Shown piece after piece: positions 25,251 to 35,920 of a stretch of 64,000 nucleotides of DNA. The position numbers and the translations under genes were made by a program. This DNA is from Mayamaea pseudoterrestris (taxonomy: Eukaryota). Positions within the stretch are counted from its first letter, which is position 1. Each line of letters starts with the position of its first letter. The stretch covers positions 62,001 to 126,000 of the forward strand of contig BROI01000028.1 of assembly GCA_027923505.1 (NCBI GenBank). Reading direction: 5' to 3'. The notes under the pieces were generated by a model, which saw only the letters and a program-made list of their open reading frames with translations, did not search any database and was not told where the DNA came from.

Positions 25251-25812
25251 TCAAATAACCTCCATCCATCCAAGTTCTTCATCATCAACGGCAGCGTCTC
25301 CTGCATCAGAATTTTGCTCATTTACTCGCAAAGAGTGCTTGAAAATCATGCCAAGCCATTAAAAAGTAGTCCATGCCAATCCAGTTGAATGCCTCAAGCT
25401 CCACCTTATACCCATCTTCCACTTCCATTTCGGCAACGCATTGATCGTCATTGCCAAAGTTTGTCCAACAATGATCCTCTCGTGCCAATATAGACTCAAC
25501 TATCTTCCGATCCTTGTCCATCATTTCCATGAGACTTTGGCTTGGGAAGCTCCTTCTTGTCTGTGGCAATATGTGTTAACTTGCGATGGTCATAACCCAA
25601 CCCATTGAATGGGCAGGCACTCCATACTGAGACCCTCCATTGACGCATAGCTGCGCATTGTTGCCATACATGAAGAGATGCAATATCAGTATTCCATATG
25701 GATCGCAGTCAGCCATGCCCCATACTGGCAAGTCAAGTTCGTTGGAAGGGATCTAGACACACACTCACATTGGCAAGTCGGAAAAGCCCTTGCCACAGAC
25801 CAATATAATTAT
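25251..25812 (-). pseudogene. spo11: Decayed 3' fragment of Spo11/topoisomerase VI subunit A (TOPRIM domain and C-terminus)
   Basis: Manual translation: IILVCGKGFSDLPM*..LDLPVWGMADCDPYGILIL..YG..IQWVGL*PSQ..DKDRKIVESIL..GYKVELEAFNWIG, with stops and frameshifts. Confidence 0.85.
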
Positions 25813-25829
25813 CAAAAAATGACCCATTG

Positions 25830-26975
25830 CAGTCTGATGAGACACCCACCAGGCATACCATCTTGTAGTGCAGCTTGAAAAATGATGTTGGCACCATGTT
25901 GAGTGTAAACATGGCTTGCTGTGGGGGTGATAGAATGTCACGGCATCTGCGTGCTGAGACTGGTGACAAGTTGTCACCAATCACATTGCTGTCCCCTGAG
26001 ACACCAGCCAGGCATACCATCTTGTAGCGCAGCCTGAATAAAGATGTTGGCACCATTCTGGTGCAATTTGGGTATATACATGGCCTGCTGTAAGGACGTT
26101 TGAATGTCACGGCATCTGCGGGCTCAGACTGGTGACAAGTTGTCACCAATAACATTGCCATCCCCTGAGACACCAGCCAGGACTACCATCTTGTAGTGCA
26201 GCCTGACTAAGGATGTTGGCACCATTCTGGTGTTTTTTGGGCACCTACAGGGCTTGCTGTAGGGGCATTTGAATGTCACGGCATCTGCGGGCTGAGACTG
26301 GTGACAAGTTGTCACCAAATACTTTGCCATCCCCTGAGACACCAGCCAGGACTACCATCTTGTAGCGCAGCCTGAATAATGATGTTGACACCATTCTAGT
26401 GTCATTTGGGTGTATACATGGCCTGCTGTAGGGGCGTTTGAATGTCACGGCATCTGCGGGCTGAGACTGGTGACAAGTTTTCACCAATATCATTGCTGTC
26501 CCTTGAGACACTAGCCAGGCATACCATCTTGTAGCGCAGCCTGAATAATGATGTTGGCACCATTCTGGTGTCATTTGGGTGTATACATGGCCTGCTGAAG
26601 GGGCGTTTGAATGTCACGGCATCTGCAGGCTGAGACTGGTGACAAGTTCTCACCAAATACATTGCCATCCCCTGAGACACCAGCCAAGCCTACCATCTTG
26701 CAGTGCAGCCTGAATAATGATGTTGGCAGTAACTTGGGATGCATATGTGGCTTGCTGTAGGGGCTTTGCATGTCAAGGCATCTGTGGGCTGAGATTGGTG
26801 AGAACTTTTCACCAGTCACATTGACGTCCCCTAAGACACCAGCTAAGCATACCATTTTATAGCGCAGCCTGGATAATGATGCTGGCAGTATTCTGTTGTA
26901 ATTTGGGTGTATACATGGCCTGCGGTAGAGGCGCTTGAATGTTATGGCTTCTGCGGGATGAGACTGATGACAAGC
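25830..26975. repeat. Short array (~7 monomers) of the 169-bp satellite
   Basis: Same monomer as 54.6-64 kb, including TGGTGACAAGTTGTCACCA; degenerate at both edges. Confidence 0.95.
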
Positions 26976-27519
26976 GCAATGGACCACCACTTAGTAAATC
27001 ATTGAGTTATTATTATTACTTGCTCGCAATTCAAATGTGCCCATTGGATACCGGTGCGCAGTACGACACAAATGTTTTAAAAGCAAAACGGACTTTGATG
27101 TCCGCTATCATTACAAAACTCGGTAAGACCTATAGTTGTGCCTTAATCTACTCCAATCAGTCTCTTGGTCTGCTTGCTAAGTTCTACACGCACAGGTACC
27201 GGTAGGCGAATACCGGTAGTTACTGCGATTATTCGAAAACTCGAACCAATTCGGTCTGACTCATGTTAGATTGGTCCCTTCCCCCTGCTGCTAGGTGAAA
27301 ATTCACGTTTTCGTTGCAAGGTCTACATTCTACCATGTAAGACGTACCGGTACTCATTCAAGGAAGGACATGACCGGCGCTACTACACACTAAGGAGCAT
27401 TAATGCATGCTAGCTAATCAACAAGCACGCTTATAAGCATATAAAAAACATATTAGGCAGCTCAAGGGGCATGCCATTTTATTGTGCCTACCTTAAAAAT
27501 GCATGAAATTGGTTCATGT

Positions 27520-28830
27520 CCTCGTCACCAAGCTTGTCATCCTCTGAGGCTCCCGCTCTGTCTTTAGCAATTGACTAAGCGGCTTGCCATCAAGTGAGCC
27601 ATTGCCAAGTTCAGTGTGTCACCTACCTCAAGTCTCTTCCCCAGTGCAGCACCAAGCTTGTCACCCTCTGTGGCTACCAGTCTTCCCAGCACTTGCCCCA
27701 ACAGCCTACCATCAAGCAAAGTGTGCCGTCAAGTGACCCAAGCCCAAAGCCTTGTGCACCACCTAGCGCAGGACCCAGTCTCCTTCCCAGTGCAGTACAA
27801 AGTTTTCCCTCTCTTTAACTCACAGTTTGTCTCCAAGCAGTTGCCAAGTGTGCCATCAAGTCACCCAGGTGCCAAGCCCAGTGCATCACCTAGCTCAGGA
27901 CCCAGTCTCCTTCCCAGAGCAGTACTCAACTTGTCCCCCTCTGTAACTCACAGTTTGTCACTAAGCAGTCACCCCTTGCTATCAAGCAGGCCTTCAAGTG
28001 AGAGCCTAAAGCCTTGTGCGCCACCTAGCGCAGGACCTAGTCGCCCTCCCAGTGCAGCACCAAGTTTGTTCCCCCTCTGTGGCTCCCAGTTTGTCTCCAA
28101 GAGTCACCAAGTGTGCCATCAAGTGACCCAAATGCCAAACCCAGTGCATCACCTAGCGCAGGACCCAATCTCCTTCCAGTGCAGCATCAAGCTTGTCCCA
28201 CACACTCACAGTTTGTCTCCAAGCACTCAACCCAGCAGCTTGCCATCAAGTGTGCCGTTATGTGATCCAAGCGCCAAGCCCAGTAGGTCACCTAGCGCAG
28301 GACCCAGTCTCCTTCTAAGTGCAGTACCAAACGTGTCCCCCACAGGACCCAGTCTTCCTTAATGCAGCATCAAGCTTGTCCTCCTCTGGTGTGTCTCCAA
28401 GCACTCAACCCAATAGCTTGCCATCAAGTGTGCCATCATGTGATATAAGCGCCAAACACCAAGCCCAGTGCATCACCTAGCGCAGGACCCAGTCACCCTT
28501 GATGTAGCATCAAGCTTGTCCTCCTCTGGTTTGTCTCCAAGCACTCAAACCAGGACCTTGCCATAAAGTGTGCCATCATGTGATCCAAGCACCAAGCCCA
28601 GTGTCTCACCTGGTGCAGGACCCAGTTTCCCTTGTGTGCACCATCAAGCTTGTCCCCCTCCGGTTTGTCTCCAAGCACTCAACCCAGCTGCTTGCCATCA
28701 AGTTTGCTGCCTAGTGACTTAAGTGCCAAGCCCAATGAGTCACCTAGCGCAGGACTTCCACTCTCCTTCCCAGTTCAGCACCAAACATGTCACCCTCTGT
28801 GGCTCGCAGTTTGTCTCCAGGCACTTATTA
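27520..28830 (+). repeat. Degenerate Pro/Ser-rich coding-type tandem repeat (~140-144-bp units built of 12-bp PSxx subunits), frameshifted
   Basis: Recurring CCATCAAGTGTGCC..CACCTAGCGCAGGACCCAGTCTCCTT encodes PSSVPSSDPSAKPSASPSAGPSLLPSAAPSLSPS across shifting frames. Confidence 0.8.
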
Positions 28831-29095
28831 TTATGCAGTCAGTTGGAGCAAGCCACCAGGATTTGTTTATTCTACCAAATAAAATACCATGCTTGCCTTG
28901 CCACTCATACTGCATGCGCACATGGAAGTGCCGCGCAGTCCGGTCAGACCCCGGTCCCGCGGTGCAATTGTTAGTCACAGTACGACAGGATGTCGACGAG
29001 ACTTATTTTGTGATTTTTAACAACCGCAACCACAGCCATTTCTGTCAGTTTCTGGCACACCACTCGTTGTGTGTACAACAACAGCAAATGGCGAT

Positions 29096-29590
29096 ATGGT
29101 GCAGGAATACTACCATGAATATTGCGAAATATTAAAGGAACTGCGACTTGATCCACTCCAAAGTCAAAGACTTGTTCCAGAGGCCGAGTCGTTGCTACAG
29201 CAAATGACGTTGGAAATACGAGGCCTGTCCGACAATGATGAGCGAGTGGAATGGCTGGAACGCATTCAACTATATAAGAATCAACTGAGACTATTGCAGC
29301 AGGAACCTGAACGAGCTTCATTGATGCAGTCTTCTGCAAGTTCTCATGTTGCGCATTCGTCGAACATCTCGACTGAATCACTGCTCGCTCGGCAGTCAAA
29401 CGTTTTGGAGCAAGCTCGTCGATCCTTGGCAGAGACGGAAGAAATTGCGGGAGGAATTACTGAAAATCTACAATCACAAAGACGAACCATGGAATCCTCT
29501 CAAAACAAGGTTTCGGCACTTCAAGGCTTGACGGACAAGGCGCATTCAATATTAGACAATCTAAACAAGCCTTGGTGGAAGAAGCTCTAA
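29096..29590 (+). CDS. Vti1-like Qb-SNARE without an obvious TM anchor
   Basis: EAESLLQQMTLEIR and LEQARRSLAETEEIAGGITENLQSQR. Confidence 0.7.
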   Translation: MVQEYYHEYCEILKELRLDPLQSQRLVPEAESLLQQMTLEIRGLSDNDERVEWLERIQLYKNQLRLLQQEPERASLMQSSASSHVAHSSNISTESLLARQSNVLEQARRSLAETEEIAGGITENLQSQRRTMESSQNKVSALQGLTDKAHSILDNLNKPWWKKL

Positions 29591-29620
29591 TATATCTCGT
29601 ATGCATTCTATACAATTTGT

Positions 29621-30514
29621 TTAGTAATCGTCAACTCTTCGCCTTGAATTCTTCACCTCGCTCCGCCGTCGCTTGAATTCCTTGCGCTGCTCCTTTGTCT
29701 TTGGCGAAATACCTTGCTTCATGTTGCGCTCCTTTGGTCGAACCGACGCTTGCTGTACAAAGTCTTGCAGCTTTTGCATGGCAGTCTTTCGATTCGCCAC
29801 TTGCGTGCGATGCTCCTGCACGGCGAGCCGAAAGTAACCAAGCTGGTTGATGCGACTGGCCTGCTGTTTTTCAAAGCGTTCGCGCACTTCCAGTGGCATC
29901 CATGTTGCCGCACTGACTTGAAAGCCGATTTCAACCTGTGTATTCACCTTGTTGACGTTTTGACCGCCCGAGCCACTGCTTTTGGAAAATGTCATGTCGA
30001 TGCGATCTGGCGGAACAGTAATGGGGCTTATTGTTGAAGAAGTGAATGGTCGGTATGATGGTGGTGTTGTGGATCGAGTCCTATTGTAGAGAGATACTGA
30101 TGGTCGAGTACCATTCTTGTCGGATGACAATGACGGCCGAATAGAATTATTCGAAAGAGGACTGCTGCCAAGGTACCTTCGTGTTGTTGCAGAAGGTTGG
30201 AATACTAGTAATGATCGAGGCAGAATGAATGACGAAATGGAGTGACATGTTCTTGTACATTTTGAGCTAATAAATGCAAGCATTCTAGCTTCCACGGCAT
30301 AAGCAGCAGATGTGAACAAGACGATAGCTGCTAATAGTCGTCCGTGTTGAATTCTGGAACCAAGCCGCTGCAGGTGGATGCCCATGGTGACGAGAAAGGC
30401 GATGAGGTGAACGCTTTTGGTCGTCGAATTGTTCATGCGGGACTGAAATGAATGAATGAGTCGGTCACGAACCTTGGCCACGTCATCATCGCGGCGCGCC
30501 GCCGACATGCTCAC
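29621..30514 (-). CDS. ArfB/ICT1-type peptidyl-tRNA hydrolase, organellar; start uncertain
   Basis: FSKSSGSGGQNVNKVNTQV, HRTQVANR and a basic C-terminal tail. Confidence 0.9.
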   Translation of the reverse strand: MSMSAARRDDDVAKVRDRLIHSFQSRMNNSTTKSVHLIAFLVTMGIHLQRLGSRIQHGRLLAAIVLFTSAAYAVEARMLAFISSKCTRTCHSISSFILPRSLLVFQPSATTRRYLGSSPLSNNSIRPSLSSDKNGTRPSVSLYNRTRSTTPPSYRPFTSSTISPITVPPDRIDMTFSKSSGSGGQNVNKVNTQVEIGFQVSAATWMPLEVRERFEKQQASRINQLGYFRLAVQEHRTQVANRKTAMQKLQDFVQQASVRPKERNMKQGISPKTKEQRKEFKRRRSEVKNSRRRVDDY

Positions 30515-30547
30515 AAAATCGCTTCACAAAGCTATCAAGCATAACAT

Positions 30548-31366
30548 ATGTTACAGTTGTCACGAATGAGTCGGTCTGGAGCATTTGTTGCGGCTCTGGC
30601 AACAGTTTCAGCTTCCGCTTGGACTTTGCAGAGTAAATTTGTCGGTCGACCCGTTGCCTCGTCTGTCGCGAAACGTTCCGTTGCAGCCTTGCATCGCCCA
30701 TCGTCAAGCCAATTGAACATGTTCTTTGGAAGCTTTTTCTCTAACGGCAATCCATTGGATGCCATTACCAAAAAGAAGACGATCGACTACAAGACTCTTG
30801 ATCATCCAGGTCCCGAGCTGGCTGCCTTCGCCGAGCAAGGACTCGCACCGGCGGAATCCTTGCGCGACCCCAACTTGAAGCTTGCCACCTTTGCCGGCGG
30901 CTGCTTTTGGGGTCTGGAGCTAGCCTACCAGCGAGTACCGGGTGTAGCGTATACAGCAGTCGGCTATACGCATGGCGACGTTGAAGCTCCCACATACGAT
31001 TATGTTTGCAGTGGTGGAAGCGGACATACGGAGGCAGTCATTGTTTATTACGATCCCAAGCTTTGCTCCTACAATCAGCTGCTAGACGTACTTTTTGGTC
31101 GCATTGATCCAACGCAAGTGAATGGACAAGGCAATGACCGAGGAACGCAGTATCGAACGGGTGTATACTTTCACACGCCCGAGCAAGAGCAAGCAGCCAA
31201 AGCCAAGATTGAACAAATTTCGTCAAAATACCGACGACCAATTGCAACGGAACTCAAACCAGCGCAGCCATTTTGGCCAGCCGAGCGTTACCATCAGCAG
31301 TATCTGGAAAAGGGAGGTCAGAATGCGGAAAAGGGCGCGACGGATCAGATTCGGTGCTATGGATAA
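30548..31366 (+). CDS. msrA: Peptide methionine sulfoxide reductase A, plastid-targeted
   Basis: ASAW presequence; FAGGCFWG, GHTEAV, QGNDRGTQYR and AERYHQQYL. Confidence 0.95.
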   Translation: MLQLSRMSRSGAFVAALATVSASAWTLQSKFVGRPVASSVAKRSVAALHRPSSSQLNMFFGSFFSNGNPLDAITKKKTIDYKTLDHPGPELAAFAEQGLAPAESLRDPNLKLATFAGGCFWGLELAYQRVPGVAYTAVGYTHGDVEAPTYDYVCSGGSGHTEAVIVYYDPKLCSYNQLLDVLFGRIDPTQVNGQGNDRGTQYRTGVYFHTPEQEQAAKAKIEQISSKYRRPIATELKPAQPFWPAERYHQQYLEKGGQNAEKGATDQIRCYG

Positions 31367-31545
31367 ATAATAAGTACTTGTTTTGAAGTGAGCTGCATGC
31401 AACAGTAGAAACGAAGTGATTACGTATCTGCACGAAAACTTGGCGTTACACATCTACGATTAACGAATATCTGCAATACATGAAGCATGTCATAGTTCTA
31501 CGTTGCTCACAAACTTTGCTTAACATTGCTGCTCATGCTGTCATC

Positions 31546-32623
31546 TTATTTGGTCGAACCGAAGAATGCCTCTTCAAACTGCTTCCACAAGATACTGAAC
31601 AGCAAACCTTGCAGTCCATTCGCCAAAATCTTTGTCTCCAACCCACGAAAGAACAATCCCCGTAGACCACTCTCTTTTATCACCGCTCGCACCACTTGCG
31701 GATAACTAATTTGTTCCGGAAACGACTGCTTGTACACCTTGACGACGCGAATCGAGTTGGAGCAAGTGTCACTCACGGCGCTCGAGCAAAAGCCCAACAT
31801 TGCCCTGCGTCCAAGCTCGGCCAGCTGCGTGTCTTGCTTTGGAATCTTTTCGGAAAGCAAATTGTAGGTGAAAAACCAAGGGTAATGACCAACAAAGGTG
31901 GCACCAGCCGCTGCCATGGAGCCGTTCCACAAGGCAGTTGGTCCAGTGAGTTTGACCTTGTCAACGACTGCCGAGAATTTACCAGTGACTTGCCTATGGA
32001 ATAATGAGGGAAGGTAACGTTAGTTTCATATAGGAATACCGACTCGTCTCAGCTGCGACGCAACAGCTCTTCGCATCAGTTCTGCAGCAAGTTTTCCATT
32101 CAACCAGTCAGCAAAGTACACGTACATGGTGGTCTTTATTGTATCGACGGGCATCAGGACGATGCGAAACAACGCTGCTGCGGCCGATGCGCATGCCGTC
32201 TTGAAGCCAACGTTGAGGCCCTTGGTTTGCTCCAGTGAATCCAAGAGAGTCAAGATTCCAGTGTTGGCCGCCGTGTCGCCTGTCACGAATCAGAAGGGAC
32301 AAATGATGAGTTGAAACATAAAAGAGCACTACTCATTCAGTTTCAAGCGTACCAAATCTCGATAAGGGTCCTTGAAACAAGGCTGGCAAAAGCCCCCGAT
32401 AGAATCGAGGAACACCTCCATCCGCGTATAGCGTCTTTAAAGCCACTGGAAAGGACGTTCCCATTCGATATTGGTAGTTGACCGTCGTTCGCAGCCACAT
32501 GAGACAGGCAACGTTGGCTCCCATGGCGGCAGCTCCGGCCGTGCCGCCGCGAATGGCACTCTTGCGAGCATTGGTGAGAATCTCCGATATGGAGAGCTTT
32601 GTTTCTTCCTTTTCAATTGGCAT
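31546..32623 (-). CDS. Mitochondrial carrier family protein; two introns (~32352-32281, ~32125-31995)
   Basis: RFYRGLLPALFQGPLSRFG|DTAAN, MPVDTIKT and GLFFRGLETK. Confidence 0.85.
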
Positions 32624-32968
32624 GGTTGCAATTGAGTGTGAGTGTCCTGCGGATGACGAGTTTAATGAGCAGTGCAATGCTGCTGCTTTGCTTTGCTTCC
32701 AATGAATGATGAGGGAGAATGGCCGACACGCATCAAGCACCAAGTTGGTTGCGTCACGCATCGGTCGGCGCGCGCATTCGTCCCGTCGGACCGTTACTCA
32801 AGATGTCGAGTCGTGGCGGTTCTCGAAGGATGATTGGAACCAAACCAATAGCTATCCGCACTTGACACCCGAACCGTTCACGCAATTCTTTGTCGCAGCG
32901 TTAAAGGCTACTCCTTGGCACTTCATTTGGTGCGTTGAAAGATTCTTTTTTGGGAAATAACGGACCTT

Positions 32969-34477
32969 GTGAGCACGGATCCAGCGTGGGCAACCATGGG
33001 AGGACGCTCACTCGACGAATTTGGAGGATATACAGTTGTACTACCTGATCAAACCAAAGCCTCCAGCATGCCTGTTGTTGTATGGAAAAGGGGCGAGTCT
33101 TCCGCCATTTTTATAGAGAAACTTTCGGCGGAAAATGCTGGGAGTGCTGTGAGGCTCGAACTTTATGACGCCCTCGTCGACAGCTACTCTCAGCTCCAAG
33201 GACCTGAGCTTGAGGCTGTCGACAATGCATTGAAGGCAGCACCCATTAAAATTGTGGAGATGAACTTGTATGATCGCATCAGCGCGGAGCATTTAGTAGC
33301 GCTTAACAAGATTATGGGATGCATGCAGCCTGAAGCAAAGATTGAATTTGGCTTATTAACGACCATTCGCGAGGACGTGGCCATTTTGCAAAACATTCCG
33401 AGTTTTTTCCAAGAATTTGGCTTCAACTTTGGAGACGACATTGACAGTGAGGCGAATAATGCGAGCGCTCAAACTCGGCAAGAGTTGGCCGCTGCATTCG
33501 ACCGTTTCAATGACTTGAAGCGCATCGAGTTTTATATTCCGATTGACTATCATTCTGTACTCTTGCCGGTCTTGTACACAAAGCAGGCGCTTCTGAAAGT
33601 GCATTTTAAAGGTAACTTATTTGAAAATGAAGTAACACCCGATGCTGCTCATGCGGTTGCGGGTCTTTTACGCACGGGTGAGTCGAATCCACAACTGGAG
33701 ATCAAAGTGTCAGGTTGGAACTTTGTGACACAAGAGTCGCAAACTATTTTCTGCAAGGCCATTGCCGAAACGAGGATCTATGGTCTCGACTTCTGGTGGG
33801 GCACCATGTTGGACCCGGCGTTGTTGGCCACTTCGCTGGCTAATTCGGAACTTAAAAAGTTGACTTTTGCCCACATGAAATTTGACGGGCATCACTTTGC
33901 TGACTTTATTAACGAGCTGGCGCTCCACATTTCTGATATGGCACTGCTTGGGTCGTTCGAAATTGGTCAATCTCATTTCCTTACAAGTGAATTCGGTTCT
34001 AGCAATGTTCGCGACGCCGCAAAACGAGCCTTCGAAGAGGCGGTCGTAAATATCATTGCTGCTTTGGCTGAGTGCCAACAACTCAAGCGCTTGAGCATCT
34101 TTCTAGACACGCAACACCCAAACTTGGATATCGCGCTGGCGGCGTGCGTTGCATCAAAGACGTGCCAGCTTGACGAAATTCATTTGCGCTCTTCACACTC
34201 TAATTGCGAGGTGGCTAAATTGACAGAGTTGCCGGAACTCTTCGAGGCGCTGAAGAAAAACTACACTATTCAGCACATTCGTTTGGACGGCCGCTGGAAG
34301 CATGAGCTGAAAGAAAGTCTTGAGATCTTTCCTGCGCTGAATCGCGCCGGTCGCCGACCGGTTGACGAAATGAACAAGAACACTGAAATAGCCGTACTTG
34401 GGGCAGTAAGCAATAACTTGAATTGTCTCATGCATCATTTGAGTGAGGCCCCGACATTATTCAAACGAGAAGAGTAG
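32969..34477 (+). CDS. Hypothetical protein, degenerate LRR/RNI-like
   Basis: 502-aa ORF; C-terminal ALKKNYTI..LNRAGR..NLNCLMHHLSEAP resembles diatom RNI-like expansions. Confidence 0.6.
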   Translation: MSTDPAWATMGGRSLDEFGGYTVVLPDQTKASSMPVVVWKRGESSAIFIEKLSAENAGSAVRLELYDALVDSYSQLQGPELEAVDNALKAAPIKIVEMNLYDRISAEHLVALNKIMGCMQPEAKIEFGLLTTIREDVAILQNIPSFFQEFGFNFGDDIDSEANNASAQTRQELAAAFDRFNDLKRIEFYIPIDYHSVLLPVLYTKQALLKVHFKGNLFENEVTPDAAHAVAGLLRTGESNPQLEIKVSGWNFVTQESQTIFCKAIAETRIYGLDFWWGTMLDPALLATSLANSELKKLTFAHMKFDGHHFADFINELALHISDMALLGSFEIGQSHFLTSEFGSSNVRDAAKRAFEEAVVNIIAALAECQQLKRLSIFLDTQHPNLDIALAACVASKTCQLDEIHLRSSHSNCEVAKLTELPELFEALKKNYTIQHIRLDGRWKHELKESLEIFPALNRAGRRPVDEMNKNTEIAVLGAVSNNLNCLMHHLSEAPTLFKREE

Positions 34478-35920
34478 GAGCGATGAGCATGCAACCGACG
34501 ATGGTGATGTGATTTTGAGTGGCAGTTCCCGGTAGCCACAGTTGTCGTTCAGTGTCTGGTGGGCGGCGTCGAGAAGAAGGAATTCTTTTCTATATATATA
34601 TATTGTACATGCAAACACCCAAAACAAATATAAAAACATTGCGTATTAGTAACTAAGTGATTGAATTCGTCTTACATGCCTGCTGGTGTCGAAATATATA
34701 TATAACGCTGTACTGAGCTCACTGACTGCGAAACAAGACGACTTCTTATCCATCGCCGGTGCAACCACCAGATACCCAAAAACCGATGCCCATTGCAATG
34801 CTTTAAGGAAAGGAAACGTTGTCGTTTCAAGCAAGACAACGTCGCGTGGCACAAATAAGCGACGACAGCATCGCGGCTTGTCGCGTCCGAGACATGGTAG
34901 CATGGCAGCTGAGGACTCAATGCCAATCGAAACACGGCGACCCTTTTCGACTCTCACCAGCCAGACTTTTAATTCCGTTGATGCCAAAAGCTTCCGCACG
35001 AGAGCATATACCGGTACCATGACTCGCTCGTCAAAACTTCCGTCTCGCTTAGTCGTGGTCACCGTCGTGTCTCATTGCAGTGTCATCTGCGAAAAAAATA
35101 CTCGCTATTCCATCGAGCTCATGTTCATAGCAAATACCGATGTATACTCCAACGATGAAGATGTTGGTGGTCGTGTTGCATCAGCTGCTGTCTGCATCCC
35201 AATTCGCCGGTATCGACTTTGCGAAACATGCAAATTATCGCAAGTTATCCCTCAATTGAGGTGAAAATACAACAAGCGTTTTCTCCAAAAGCGTAATGCA
35301 CATGGCGCGCAAACTACCAGTAAGTGCAGCTCATGTGGTGCTGTCGAGGAGGCGAGGACGAATTCATCTTCCGCTAATCCTCTCCAAAAGTAAAATGGCG
35401 AAAGTAGGCGACACTTGCACGCGTCGCATTGCCTTGTCAGTCCAGATACACGGCAGTGACACGGACACAAACATTGAAAGCCTCGACTCTGATGGTTTGT
35501 AGCGCTGATTGGATTTGAAAGTGAAAGTTGAAACGTAGAAATACGAAAGAATGTCGGTGACTGGTGACATACCATGCCATCGGCCATCGGCCATCGGCCA
35601 TCGGTATATACTTATAACTCTTTCATGCGTTGCCGGGAATGACAGAATGAAAGTTAAGTCAACCATCCAACGTTTCGATTCATCAGAATCCGAGAACAAA
35701 GCGTAGAAAATGCGCCCGCCTCATGTTTCTGAGAATGTTGAAACTCTTTAAACCGATATGGTACGAAAGAATGTGTGATGTGTAATGTCTGTCGCGGTTG
35801 TCGGAGACTGTGACGTTTGTCGCTGCGGTTTTTAAAAGATTGCATGACATTTTTGCGTTCGAATTCGATGTTCGATTGCCAATGAAACAAGCATCATCGT
35901 TTGCGCCATAATCAGGCAAC

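Noticed and set aside
35577..35604. (CCATCGG)x4 microsatellite
   Set aside because: Short simple repeat with no further support for function.
34640..35900. Overlapping short ORFs on both strands
   Set aside because: No recognisable motifs or consistent gene structure.
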